Both the position numbers and the translations under genes were made by a program. A stretch of DNA of 64,000 bases, from positions 4,898,001-4,962,000 of the forward strand of contig NC_043013.1 of NCBI RefSeq assembly GCF_006345805.1. The letters are read 5' to 3'. The notes under the pieces are model-generated. The model ran no database searches, was not told the DNA's origin, and worked only from the letters and a program-made list of their open reading frames with translations. The stretch's first letter is position 1. Each line of letters begins with the position of its first letter. This document shows positions 23,889 to 36,561 of the stretch, in pieces. The DNA comes from Octopus sinensis. Its lineage: Eukaryota.

Positions 23889-25230
23889 GTGAGTATATAT
23901 TATATCAGGGAAATCCAAACTCTTGTAGAAGGGCCCCATGTATGTTTATGTTCAAGAGCTACAAGACATGTTTATGTCTTGTAGTTCTACAGGAGTTGTA
24001 GGGCAGTGATCTGGCAGAAGCGTTAGCACACCGGGCAAAATGCTTAGCAGTATTTCGTCTGCCGTTACATTCTGAGTTCAAATTCCGCCGAGGTTGACTT
24101 TGCCTTTCATCCTTTTGGGGTCGATAAATTAAGTACCAGTTACGCACTGGGGGTCGATGTAATCGACTTAATCCGTTTGTCCCCTCTATGTTTAGCCCCT
24201 TGTGGGTAGCAAAGAAATAAAGAGTTGTAGGTTTAAAATTAGGAGTAAGAAAAGACAACTCTGCATGAATGTTGGTACATAATTCAGTTTCTTTCAACAA
24301 ATTTTATTCAACAAAATCAATAACATGTAACAAAAATATCTTTAAATGATTATTCTGGAGCATATTCACCATCTACTTCAACTACTGCTCCCATTTGTTT
24401 GGTAAACTGTCAGGCCATCATTTAAAGACGTTTTTTGTTGAATAAAATTTGTAGAAAAAAATCTGCAATAATTCTGCACCAACCGAATAGTTTTGCAGGC
24501 TAAACTAGATTGGTTAATCTCTACTTATTGAAGGTCTTTGACTTTGTTGAGTCTTAATTTTCACACCTAATTCTTTGAAATCTGGCTGGTGTGATATGAA
24601 AGCCATTTCCAAGTAATGAAGTACTGCAAAGACATTCATTGGGTTTCTTTTAGTTCCCATCTACCAAATCTACTCACAAGATTTTGGTCAGCCCAGGGCT
24701 ATAGTAGAAGGCACTTGTCCAAGGTACCTTGCAGTGGGATTGAACCCAAAGCCATGTGACTGGGAAACACACTTAACTATACTGCCATTTTACTATAATA
24801 GAAAAAATTCTATTCAACACATACTTCGGGCATGAAGTTAAGATGCTGGGTATTTAATCAGATGATTATGAGTTCAAGCCAAGCTATGGCCCATATCTCA
24901 ATTTGCCAATCTGATCTTCTTAATTCATTGAAATGTTAACAACAACAACAACAACAGCAGGTGAATTTACAATGTTTCCTTCTGCACAAATCACTGTGAC
25001 CAATCCTTCGTCAGATCTTCCTTCCCTCCCACTGGAATCTTCTCCCTGCAGGGGTTGCCCAGCAACAGCTTAAACAAAATGTAAACAGCCTCAATTTTAC
25101 CAATCTTAAAGGGCCAGCAACTTCCATGGGCCCTGCCCTGTCTTCCACACACAGCAACTTAAGAATAAATAATTCTGTTTGATTTCTCCAACCAAATTCT
25201 AACTTTGATTCCTTTTTATGTCCTTTAAAG

Positions 25231-25316
25231 GAGCTGACCGCATGTCATCATTTGGGGACTTCATTGCTCTTTCTGAACCCTGTGATGTCCCAACAGCTAA
25301 AGTCATATCAAGAGAG
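25231..25316 (+). CDS. ATIC: ATIC exon 11 ([28 protein letters not shown])
   Basis: ttaaag/gtattt, 86 nt; DRMSSFGDF motif. Confidence 0.97.
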
Positions 25317-25327
25317 GTATTTGCGTA

Positions 25328-25358
<31 letters not shown>

Positions 25359-25963
25359 GGTGTGGAATGACTTCTGCTTGTCCCGCCCCCTCAAAAAAAA
25401 CCACCTTTAAAATTTTTTTGCACCCCCTCACCCTCTTTTCAGCTACGGAGAGTACAAATCAGCAAAACAAATTGGCAAAAGTCTGCATTTTTAAATTACC
25501 CCCCACCCCCATTTTTAAGAATTTTTTTTTTCTAAATATGCGAGAAAATTGGACATTATGATTCAGACAAAAATTTCAAAACATTTGGGGGGAAAAGTCA
25601 AAATTGAAGGAAGGTGGGTAACAATGCTGATTTTTGGCAATTTTGTACATACTTAAATCTATACGTATATATGCATATGTCGGCACAGGATGTCACAAAA
25701 GTGTCAAACAAAATAGTACGAAGCACAACTATTCTTTTGAACAATGAAAGACTCAAATGGAAAACAAAGCAAACAACATAATGAAGGGACCCTTCATCAG
25801 TTGTTGGCTGTTTTCCTAGTCTCGTATTTCAAGCATTTAACGACAATATACGCTTTCAATAAAACAGTTGACCCCGCAAAGCAAATTAAATAAAATTGGG
25901 GATTTTGCTGAGGGTCAGAATAGGTAACATAACAGGACAGTGAAAACAAATATGTGTGTGTAG

Positions 25964-26051
<88 letters not shown>

Positions 26052-26726
26052 AATCCGTTAGCTATGAAACCTGTCTAGCCTGGATTTTATCTATTTCAGT
26101 CTCTAAAATGTTATGTTATAAAAATAAATAAATTGAAACATTTTCATCACTCTGCAATCCTTAAACATTTTTCAAGTTTTTATTTTATTTTTTGTCTGGT
26201 GGGGAGTTGGTATATAAATTTTTATTTCGTTCTATTCAATTCAGAATTGTCAAAGTATGGAATTAAACTACTCTCTATTGTTCTTAGGACATTGCCTCCT
26301 TCAAATTCCCCAAAATTCCTCTTGTTACACCAAAGCCCTTTCTCCCCTAAGACTCTTTTACTGTTCCCTTTTCTCTATTTTTATGTTTTATTCTGTGTAC
26401 GTGCTGTTGGCTCTCCCTGCTGCCTTTATTTCCTTGACTTATATCTCTGCTTTCTGTTCCCTCTTTTTGAACCTTTCTAATAATTTGGTGCACACCAAAG
26501 AACTACATATGATAAACTCAATATTATTAACCTCGAGTTCAAATTCTGCCGAGGTCGATTTTGCCCTTTATCCTTTCAGGGTCGACATAATCAACTATAA
26601 ACCTCCGCCAGATACAGGTTTTGTATCTATAGTAGAAAGGGTTATTAGTGGTAACCTTCAAAATCTCATGGCCCTCAATTTAAAATGCAGAGTTACCTGC
26701 TCTTTGAAAAAAATATTGCTGTTTTC

Positions 26727-26830
26727 TGCGCATGCGTCAGTCTACAGACCTCGGTCTCTTCCTGTCTCCTTCACTATATAAAGCCTCGTCTGCCTTCTTT
26801 CTCCCTTTCACGATCTCTCGACTGGTGAGT
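26727..26830 (+). promoter_or_regulatory. Promoter-like module in ATIC intron 11
   Basis: TGCGCATGCG (26727-36), TATATAAAG (26775-83), pyrimidine-rich TCA near 26810, CTG|GTGAGT donor at 26825. Confidence 0.35.
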
Positions 26831-28082
26831 ATCCGTCTCCTCTGACTCGATTTCTCAGAACACGTGGGATATTTCTTTGCTTCACAGTATTTAGTCCCTG
26901 AAATTCTGAGAATCAGGCGATAAAGCACCTCGGTTCTCATTTCATTTTGCTAACTACAATTATATATGCGTACACGTGTATTTCTCTGGAATATATTGCG
27001 TATGAGAAATAAGTGTGGTTTACATAAAAAAGATCTTGGGGAGTATTTTTTTTTTAAATTAGGAAAAAAAATTCATGTGTTTTATACTAGTTTTTTTTTT
27101 TATTTTACGGGTATATGTGCATGTTTTGGTGCATTTTATTATAAATAAAAAAGATGCCGAGAAGCATTTTTCGAGGGTGTGGTTACGAATAGAAGGCTAA
27201 AAATCGGGAAAAGATATTCTGGAGAATGTTCGGAATCATTCTCTCATTTTACCCGAATTTGTGTGTTCATCTCATTAATATCCATCTTCGAGGGTAGACT
27301 ACGTAATTTTGATATTTCAAACAGATCGAAAGGGTGAGAGCACAGTAAAAATAAAGATTGATGGCAACGAGATCGATTGAAGGGTTTTGATAATCCGAAA
27401 CCTTTTTCCCTCCAAATTTTATTCGTCCGATTATAATTCTGCATCTTACCACGTTGTATCTACCAAATTTGATGAGTAAATATGCAGTTTTGGAAATGTG
27501 TGAGGAAACTACCAGTGGGGCACTAAACTGTAGTTAGACACTTTACCATGTATATTTAGGTTAATTTACTTGTTCTTTCCATATATAAAGTTTAGGAGCG
27601 TGAAAACAAAAAGGCACCATAATATTTGTTTCAGTCTCTTCCCATCCAATTCCCATTTTATAAGTTTGGTATCAATTTGTTTTCTCTTTTGATCAATGTT
27701 TGTAACATTAAAAGATCAGCTTTATTGTAAGCGAACATAGATGATTGTTTTCCGACCTCGTGGTGACCACCCGCTTTGAGATTTTCGACTTGGATGTTTG
27801 CTCGATGCTCTACCAACCATCTGTCGCTTGCATAGTTTATTGCAAATCCCATTAAATGATTAACAATCATTGTTTTAATTGAGAAGTTTAATTTTCTTCC
27901 ATGATTTTTAAAGCGACCGGGCGGGTGAACCCTGCTTATAAATACTAATCTACAGTTTAGTCCTAAGTGCTAAAATATTTAGGCCAAATCTGATGGTCGA
28001 GTGGGGCATTGTTGTCTTTGCTCTGTTTTACGACGCTGAGATGATTGAAAATTCATTCAAATGTAGTGTTCATTCTTGTGTT

Positions 28083-28377
28083 GGCGAAGGTAAGGAATAC
28101 GCACACCCGGTATTTAGGGTTAGGGGGTGCTATTTAAGAAGAGTGGTCCCGGTGAGCGTAGTCGCGCATCCGCTAGCTAGTCCTGACTAATTGATACTAC
28201 GACTACCTAGCAAAGTAAATAAAACACAAAAATAATTTTTTTACATAAAGGATCGACTAGACATGACTAGGTAGCGCGGATGAGCGAGTGCGCGCACCGG
28301 GACCACTCTTAAATAGTACCGGGTGAGGGATTTTGTTACGCTGAAAACTTGTGGTGTGCGTATTCTTTACCGCCGCC
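28083..28377. mobile_element. Palindromic (foldback) MITE
   Basis: GTAAGGAATACGCACAC / GTGTGCGTATTCTTTAC outer arms plus about 60-bp inner inverted arms. Confidence 0.75.
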
Positions 28378-28714
28378 TTTGTTTTTTTTTAATATTTTCT
28401 AACACATTTCCCAACTTTTATCAATCACTTGAGTAACTGGGGCCTTATAAAAAGGTTTTGTGTTTCTCACCGTATGAAGCAGGGATATTTGAGACTGTTA
28501 ATCTGCATGGGTAGAGGGCTTAAGCTGATTTACCACTGTAACCCTCCAGGTGATTATTGGCATCTCGCTCTTCTGAAGCAACTACTTGTATAAACCTGTT
28601 TACGCCTTTCTTTACATTTCACGGATATATATATATAGAACTCTATTTGTGTCTGACCGTTTGGATTATGTGAACTTCCAAATTGATTTCAGTAATTCTT
28701 TCTCTCTTTCTAAG

Positions 28715-28804
28715 GTCTCAGACGGTGTCATCGCTCCTGGATACGAGGCTGATGCGCTTACAATTCTCAAGAAGAAAAAGGGTGGCAACTATTGCGTGTT
28801 ACAG
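28715..28804 (+). CDS. ATIC: ATIC exon 12 ([30 protein letters not shown])
   Basis: tctaag/gtaggg, 90 nt. Confidence 0.96.
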
Positions 28805-29134
28805 GTAGGGATATTGTTTCACCTGTTCTTCTGATGACGTCTATATTTCAGGTGTGGGGAGATGATGATATTCTACATGCGTGTCAACTGACCCCTCGTG
28901 TCACAGAAATGTGGTCAGTTCTTGGCTGCATTCCCTGTCCACGGGTGGCTGATCATAACACATTATTCTGATCCCCTTTGCTATTAATTTCATGCTTAAT
29001 TGTTAATTAGTTTGTAATGTAAATCCTATTTTCTACAGCTTATTTAGTTGCTGGTGTGGTGCCTTAATTTTTCTGTTCTTTAGAACTTTTTTTTTCTTTT
29101 CACTTTGGCTGATCCTGTGATTATTGCTTTTCAG

Positions 29135-29263
29135 ATTGATCCCAACTATGATGCCCCTCCTGTGGAAACCAGAACTTTGTTCGGGTTGCAGATGCAGCAA
29201 CTCCGTAATAATGCTCCTATTACTAAAGATCTCTTCAATAACCTGGTGACCAATGGTAAGACG
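29135..29263 (+). CDS. ATIC: ATIC exon 13 (IDPNYDAPPVETRTLFGLQMQQLRNN...GKT)
   Basis: tttcag/gtgagt, 129 nt. Confidence 0.95.
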
Positions 29264-29464
29264 GTGAGTGTTATTTTGCACAGTGCAGCTTTATTGGATT
29301 CTGAGCACTTGCTTTTGACTTGGAAGTTTGCGAAAGATGTTTGCTTTCATGTATTGGTACTAAAACCAAGTTTCTAAAGCTAGAGGTGATAGTAAGGCCT
29401 GCTCTATCGATATGACTTGATATACCAGCTGATTCAAAAGGAAAAAAATTTTATAAAAACAATT

Positions 29465-29808
29465 TCTTAGATCCCCTGATCTGACCCCTCTTCATTTCTA
29501 TCTTTGGGGTGCATTTGAAAGGTATGGAGTTTCGCAGAAAGATAAGGCCAATCATTTGCAGGAATGTATCACCAGATGTGCTGTTACAAGTTGTGTCACA
29601 ATGGTGTTTCGCACCTATTCTTGAAAAATGCTTTTGAGTTACATGTGCTCCTCAGTTTGCTGAGGTCTCTTTAAGTTAACAAAATCAAGAATTTAAATTA
29701 TAGAATGGGGTGAAATAAAAGAGGAGAGTTGCGGAACTGCATCACCCCCCCCCCCCTCCAATTAAAAGAAAAAAATTTCCTATGTATGGCGACTTTTGAA
29801 TCACCCTG
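29465..29808 (+). mobile_element. Tc1/mariner 3' relic
   Basis: RSPDLTPLHFYLWG motif; TIR end CACCCTG|TA. Confidence 0.65.
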
Positions 29809-30111
29809 TAGAATGTAGTTGTAAGAGTGAAAATGTCCATTTCAAGAAAATTGCGTTCATTTGACAACTGATCCATGCTAGCATGAGTTGGACGTTGTGG
29901 CAAGATCTGGTGGGCCACTAGTCATACTCGGTGTTGTGCTGGCATGGATGGAGTTGCCAAGTCATTTGCAAATATAACAATGGAAGGGGACCCCTGGTCA
30001 GAGTAACCTTTGGTGTAGTAAGGGATGAGTGCTTTACATTCCTGTTTAATATGTTTGGTGAGGATTTTGCCTTCCCTTCTTAGTTAAGGTGTCCCTTTCT
30101 CTCTGTTGCAG

Positions 30112-30204
30112 CTTCCTGATTCTGCTATCCGTGATTTGTTGGTGGCTTCCATCGCTCTGAAGTATACCCAGTCTAACTCTGTTTGCTATGCTCGTGATGG
30201 ACAG
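30112..30204 (+). CDS. ATIC: ATIC exon 14 ([31 protein letters not shown])
   Basis: ttgcag/gtacag, 93 nt; KYTQSNSV motif. Confidence 0.97.
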
Positions 30205-30308
30205 GTACAGTTGCTTTGCTATTTCTCTTTTTTTTTCTGACTTTCCTCCTCTTTGGTGGGCTGTGTTAGTCTGGGTATTCAAAACGGTTTCTCTGGTTAA
30301 TTTTTTAG

Positions 30309-30382
30309 GTGATAGGCATCGGTGCTGGCCAGCAATCACGAATCCATTGCACACGGTTGGCTGGAGACAAGGCTGACAACTG
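30309..30382 (+). CDS. ATIC: ATIC exon 15 (VIGIGAGQQSRIHCTRLAGDKADN)
   Basis: ttttag/gtgagt, 74 nt; GAGQQSRIHC motif. Confidence 0.97.
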
Positions 30383-30575
30383 GTGAGTATCAGTTTTCTG
30401 GTTGATTTCTTTGGAGAGCAGTGATGATTTCTTCTTCTGATTTCATTATGGAGATATGTGAAGAGGCTGTATCTGAGTTCTGACCAAACCTTACATTATT
30501 CTAATTGTTTGTTGTGCTTTCGCCCTGTCATTCATTTACTGGAGGCATTAATTTCTTATATTTCTGTTCCCCCAG

Positions 30576-30684
30576 GTGGTTGCGACAGCATCCTAATGTT
30601 CTTGGCTTGAAATTCAAGAAGGGTGTGAAACGAGCAGAAATGTCCAATGCTATTGATTGTTATGTTCTTGGAACTGTTGGAGAG
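30576..30684 (+). CDS. ATIC: ATIC exon 16 ([27 protein letters not shown]...GTVGE)
   Basis: ccccag/gtatgt, 109 nt. Confidence 0.96.
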
Positions 30685-30789
30685 GTATGTTGAGATCTTA
30701 AGCTTATTCAGTCATTTGGGATTATGACTCAAAGCCTATGTTTTGATGTGCAATTGAAACCATCTTTTCTTTTTTTTTTCTTGTTGCAG

Positions 30790-30849
30790 GATATGAAGCT
30801 TTCAACTTGGGAAGATCTGTTTGAAGTCCGTCCACCAGAGTTGACAGAG
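30790..30849 (+). CDS. ATIC: ATIC exon 17 (DMKLSTWEDLFEVRPPELTE)
   Basis: ttgcag/gtttgt, 60 nt, phase 0; fills the gap between exons 16 and 18. Confidence 0.9.
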
Positions 30850-31821
30850 GTTTGTGTATATTGCTTTATTCCACCGTTTTAGAGATTTTGAGGCAAGGTA
30901 GAATTCCTGTGGATTCTTTCTGATTCAACACTGTCTTGGACCATTTTGCTGTCTTTCAAGCAGTGTCATAGAATCAAGACTTCTCAGGTGGATTAGTCTT
31001 ACTTGTTTCAGTCATTTGACTGCGGCCATGCTTGAGCACTGCCTTTAATCGAGCAACTCGACCCCGGGACTTATTCTATCGGTCTGTTTTGCCGCACCGC
31101 TAAGTAACGGGGACACACTAGCATCGGTTGTCAAGCAATGCTAGGGGGACAAACAAACACATGCATATATATATATATATATATATATACGACGGATTGG
31201 TATTAAAAGGATCAAAACACTAATCCTAGAAGCTGAATTCTTGCTATGTCTGTTTTACAAAGCTACAATTTCACTTTGCTTCTTAGCTGCCATACTGAAT
31301 CATTTCACTAGAAAGTATTTTTGCCTTTATTATTGTAACAAGATGGGTTTTCTAGTCTCTAGTTACTGCGTTGTGGCTATCATTGTTGATCTGGGTCACA
31401 TTTTAATTGTTTAGGTTGTTTCATTATCCATCAAGTTCTGACTGTTGGTTAATTGGAGGCTGCCCTTGCTTGTAGTTTGCAGTCACCTGGAAAGCCTTCC
31501 ATCAGGATTTTCTGTTTTGGTCCCTACAGTCATTTTGCTAAATTTTCAAAGACAGCATGTTTTTGGAGCTGGATGCTTAGAAAGGGGTGAGTTTTGGAGT
31601 CCAAACTTTTAGGCTAGGTACACTGTTTTCAGTTATTGATAAGCAGAACTGATGACAGGATCAGATGCATTTTCATTGTATGTCCTTGCTTTCTTTAATT
31701 TGTATATATTTTGGGTGGGTAATGAGCCCTATTCAGTTAAAAGGGGTTTAGGACTTCGAGAGTGCACAACTTAAAATTTTTGAGTATTTTAATGGTGACC
31801 TTTTTTTTCTCTAAATTTCAG

Positions 31822-31917
31822 AAAGATCGTATCAATTGGATAGCCAGCCTAGACGGAGTCTCTCTGAGTTCTGATGCCTTCTTCCCTTTCAGGGACAATA
31901 TAGATCGTGCCTACCGG
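31822..31917 (+). CDS. ATIC: ATIC exon 18 ([32 protein letters not shown])
   Basis: tttcag/gtatgt, 96 nt; [10 protein letters not shown] motif. Confidence 0.97.
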
Positions 31918-32123
31918 GTATGTAATAGCATATATTCCACATTCGTCTCATTTAAGTGAACTCATGATGAAAGTTTAGTCTCGTTCGTGTGACGGTGATT
32001 CTTCTGGAGTCGCCTCTGAACACACTTATCATTTCTGAAGTTTACTCAAATATTTTTGCTGATTTCTGGAATTTTCTTTTAAAATGCGGTTTTAAACTTT
32101 TTTTTTCCTTGTTTCTGTTTCAG

Positions 32124-32243
32124 AGTGGAGTCCGGTACATTGCCTCTCCTGCTGGTTCTGCTAACGATGCGGTTGTTATTGAAGCTTGCGACGGCCTTGG
32201 CATTGCTTTGGCACACACCAATCTGCGTCTGTTCCATCATTAA
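32124..32243 (+). CDS. ATIC: ATIC terminal exon 19 ([12 protein letters not shown]...HTNLRLFHH*)
   Basis: tttcag acceptor; ends in RLFHH-TAA, the canonical eukaryotic ATIC C-terminus. Confidence 0.98.
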   Translation, partial: SGVRYIASPAGSANDAVVIEACDGLGIALAHTNLRLFHH

Positions 32244-32311
32244 TTCTCCACAAATGCTGAACCTCTCGTTTTTCTAACCAATGATTTCCATAACTTTTTT
32301 TTTTCCTTTTC

Positions 32312-32317
32312 AAATAA
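32312..32317 (+). terminator. ATIC polyadenylation signal AATAAA
   Basis: AATAAA 69 nt after the stop codon, followed by T-rich sequence. Confidence 0.6.
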
Positions 32318-32399
32318 AAGTATTCAAACTCATTGATGTTTGAATTTGTAAACTTCATTTTGCACTTTAAACGAGTAGTCTCCCTTCGCTATGCTGTAG

Positions 32400-33650
32400 T
32401 TATTTCCCTTGGATTAGAAACCAGGGAACTGGTGCGATTGGCCTTCACAATTTGTCCAACGACAGCTGAGAATATATAACTTCACTTAATTATTCCTATG
32501 ACGTGACTAAGGCTGTCTTCAGAGTGATATCTTTGAGAAATTCTTGAAGCGTCCCTTTCTCGAATGGACCAAATAGCGAGGTCCGTAGGGTTGGCGTCTG
32601 GGGTGGAAGTGTTGTCCCAGGACCCACTGAAATGGCTTCTGTATGACTGCTGTGTTGCATCCGACATAGGTTGACTGCCATTTTGTGTGAACACAATTGT
32701 CTCCACATGCTTCAGTAATCTGCAGCAAAGTGTCTTTATGTAAATTGACTTCCATTTTCTCTTAACCCTTTCATTACTATATTTCTGACCAAAATACACC
32801 CCTTATGTGTTTCAGTTAATTTCTAACATAATCATAAATTTAGTCTGGTTTCATTAAACAACTTTTTTATTTATCAATATATTAATCTGATTTTTGGAAG
32901 ATAATTTTTGTCACAAGGTGAATCTAATTACAGGTAAATTCAACAAAACATAAAATTATTAAAATTTTGTTCAAACATCGCTATAGAAAATGGGTTATTA
33001 GCTCATATTCAATTGTCAAAATTACAAATTTTGAAAACAATAAGAACAAATTTCTGGAAAAAAATCTCCCAAAATTCACAGAATTAAAATTACACTTCAA
33101 TCGTTGTACTAAGCTGTAGATGAACTGTTATATGAAGTATAATCACGTATTTTCACGAATGCACTAAGGAGATTTGCTCTGATATTCTCATTTAAATATG
33201 AATAGGTAAATACGGGCAGCTTGGTCACATGAACCAAAACTTGGGGGCGGTTTGGTAACGAAAGGGTTAATGAACACCAGAGATTTTTGAGTATTGGATG
33301 ATGATACTGCCATCACTCTGGGTTTCATTCATTGAGACACCCTAGAGATGTCTTCAGGAACAGCATCCAGCCTCATACACAAAATCTTGTTCTTTGTTTG
33401 CTATAGCCTTCACAGTGAATGTCTTTTTGTCCAGCTAGATGGAGACATTGTCACTGGTGTTCTGAATCTCCTCTGCCAATTTCTTGCACCTGTCTGGAAG
33501 CAGTTGAAATTAGGTATTGACGTTGCAATTTTGATGACTTGCAACCCTTCGCATGATTGTCTGGGAGATATTGCGATTTTTAGCCATTTGCCTTGTTTCT
33601 CTGGATTCTGTGACTTTTTCTAACGGCATCCTATGAGCTGGATGTCATTT
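32400..33650 (-). pseudogene. Decayed Tc1/mariner (maT/DD37D-like) transposase split by the MITE
   Basis: DKKTFTV...PEDISRVS, then VFTQNGSQ...PDANPTDLAIWSI (SPDLNP-DYSIW motif); stops and frameshifts. Confidence 0.7.
32766..33266. mobile_element. piggyBac-like MITE, 501 bp, inserted in a maT transposase relic
   Basis: TTAA|CCCTTTCATTAC ... GTAACGAAAGGG|TTAA. Confidence 0.8.
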
Positions 33651-36561
33651 GAACCTGTCACACTCGTGTTTATTAGTTATTGCAACAGGATGGGTTTTCT
33701 AGCATCCAGTTACTGTGTTGTGGCTATCATTGTTGATCTGGGTCACATTTTAATTGTTCTGTCAGTCTCATCTGGCTAATTATGGGATAGTCTTACATCT
33801 CTACAAATTACTCATTTTCCTGCATTTATCTATTTTTCTGTAATTTCCTCTGTAAACAATTTAATTGATGTCTGTTGGTGAGATAATGACTTAGCTGGTA
33901 TTTGTTAGTATTTTATTACCATTTTGGGGCTTGTTGCAGCAGAACCACGCATTTAATTTCCTGTATTCTTTATCCCTTCTGTCATCATCTAACGTCCATT
34001 GTCTATGCTGGTATAGAACAGTTTGTGTGGGGCTGCCTCAGACTCATCTGATTTGGTATCATTTCTACAGCTAGATGCCCTTCTTAACACCAACCACTCT
34101 GCAGAGTATGCTGGGTGGTTTTATGTGGCACCACCATAAGGACTAGTCTTAACTATTCTGTTGCAGAGTACATGTCTGGAACATGAAAATTTGAAGGGTT
34201 TTAATTTAGATCACTATAGGCAGGGTAGCATCAAATGGATTATCCCTTTCTAGGACACTTTGATATGGTGTTTGTAAACAGATTTTTTTTTTACATATTG
34301 CAGCTTATCCCTAAATATTTCCGTAAGTGCATTTTTCTTTCTGTGGCTGTATGGTAAGTAGCTTGCTTATGAACTACATGGTTCCGGGTTCAGTCCCACT
34401 GGGTGGCTACTATAGCCATGGGCCGACCAAAGCCTTGTGAGTGGATTTGGTAGATGGAAACTGAAAGAAGCCCGTCATATATATATATATATATGCTGGT
34501 GTGTTTACGTCCCCGTAACTTAGCGATTCGGCAAAAGAAACCAACAGAATAAGTACTGGGGTTGATTTCCTCGACTAAGGCAGTGCTCCAGCATGGCCAC
34601 GGTCAAATGACTGAAACAAGTAAGAGAAAGAGTATAGGTGAAATGCCATCCTTTTAAATAAGGGCTAGAGATTAGTATTGGTGTTTGAATGTGAAGCAGG
34701 TTGAATTAGTAGTTGTAAGAATGCTAGATTAGTGACATAATGTATGGTACTAATAGTGTGTGGCTGGTTCTGGATTCACCTCCACTGAATCACACTTCTA
34801 TAACCTCAGTCTGGATGTCTTGTGAGTGATGGAAACTGAAAGAAGCCCATTGTGTGTATATGTCCTCTGCCTCAAGTGTTGGTTTGTTTTTGTCTCTGTA
34901 ACTTAACAGTTTGGCAAAAGGGGACCAATAGCATAAGTACCTCTGTGGTTAGTTCACAAACTGAAAGAAGCCCAACATTGTGTCTTTGTCCACAGCCATA
35001 CACTGATAACTAGTGTTGGTTTGTTTCTTTTTCTTGTTATTCAGCAAAAAGTGTACAGGTATCAATTTGTCTAAAACTGAGGTTTCATATAAGATTTTGG
35101 GGGACTCATTGTATTTTAAGGGCCCCTGATAATATTTTGCTTCAGTTGTATGTATTGCAAGGAACAGCTAGGTTTCTCTCTCTGGCATTTTACATAATTT
35201 CTTACACAAGTTCATGTGTGGAAACAAAATAGTTTCTATAAAACTAGGTTTTCAACAGCAAAAAGCTATAAAATGCAATATTGGGTTGGTGCATAATTCT
35301 GGCTTTTTTCCAATAAATTTTATTCAACAAAAACATCTTTAAATGACCATCTGCCAAGCAAACGGGGAATAGTAATTGAAGTAGATGGTGAAAATACTCT
35401 GGAATAATTTAAAGATGTTTTTGTTGAAAAAATGGTTAAGAATCCCTAATCAAAACCCTTTGTAAAAGTACCCCAGAGTAAGGTAAATGGCTTTCTTTTG
35501 ACGGGTTTTCGCTTAGATATAGGCATAATATGGCAGAATGGTTGTAGAAGTCTGATTTGCAAATGGCCTCATCTGATTCCTCTGCATGATATCAAGAATG
35601 AACGTCCTTTTCTATGGCTTTTGGTCGATACATACTTCATGATACTGGATAGAAGAGAACTTCAGAATCTTCGGGTTGTTTTTTAGGTGCAGCCCTGGCT
35701 GTGTGGTTTAGAAGTTTGCCTCCCAACTACACATGGTTCCATGTTTAGTTACCCCTGAAACCTCAAGTTGAAAGCTTTGTGAGTGGATTTGGTAGACGGA
35801 AACTGAAAGAAGCTTGCGTGTATAGATATATCAGTGAGTCTTTGTTCCCCCACCAGTGCTTGACAGTTGGTGTTGGTATATTTACATCGTTGTAACTTAG
35901 CAGTTTTGCAAAAGAGACTGACAGAATAAGTACTGGGGTTGATTCGTTTGTCTTAACAATTCTTCAAGGTGTTGCCCCAGCATGGCCGCAGTCTAATGAT
36001 TGGATCAAATAAAAGACAATCCCGTCAGATTGTACATGTAATTCAAAACCTTGTGACTGACAGAATTTCATTAGAAGTAAACATGTCTGGAATACTCGAC
36101 CGATTACACATTAATTCAGGGGCAGATAATTCGGTTGATCAAACGACCGAATCCCTCATTGAACGACGAAACTAGTTGTTCCTGTGTCCAAGATGTGCGA
36201 GGAGTTGAATCAGGGATGAAGTGTCCTCTCTCCTTGAACAGAAAACTTGATCCTTTCGGAGCTGGATATGAGAGGCCGCTTGTGTAGTGACTAGAGAGGG
36301 GTTTAGGCTTGTTTCATTAGCTTTTGCAGGAGTTTTTTTCGCTGTTGAGCAATGATAAAGGTTGATATATGTATATTAACTTTTAATATACAATTTAGCA
36401 TATATATATATCTAAAATTATAAATTAGGGCATCTACGAGATACCTCCATGCTGAAAATAGCAGCCATGATCTGACTCTAAAACCACCTTAATTGTCCGT
36501 ATCGCAAACACGGAGAGAAAGCAAAGAGACAAGATGAAGCTAGTAAAAAAATTACTGGATA

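Noticed and set aside
25770-25810. CUGAUGA on the - strand as another hammerhead
   Set aside because: A hairpin follows, but there is no GAAA, stem III or cleavage triplet.
26775-26788. 14-mer TATATAAAGCCTCG repeated at 48303
   Set aside because: Several chance 14-mer repeats are expected in 64 kb of AT-rich DNA, and the flanks are unrelated.
26940-27945. Large Helitron-like element in intron 11
   Set aside because: Only a weak hairpin and a degenerate end near 27915-27945; the boundaries cannot be supported.
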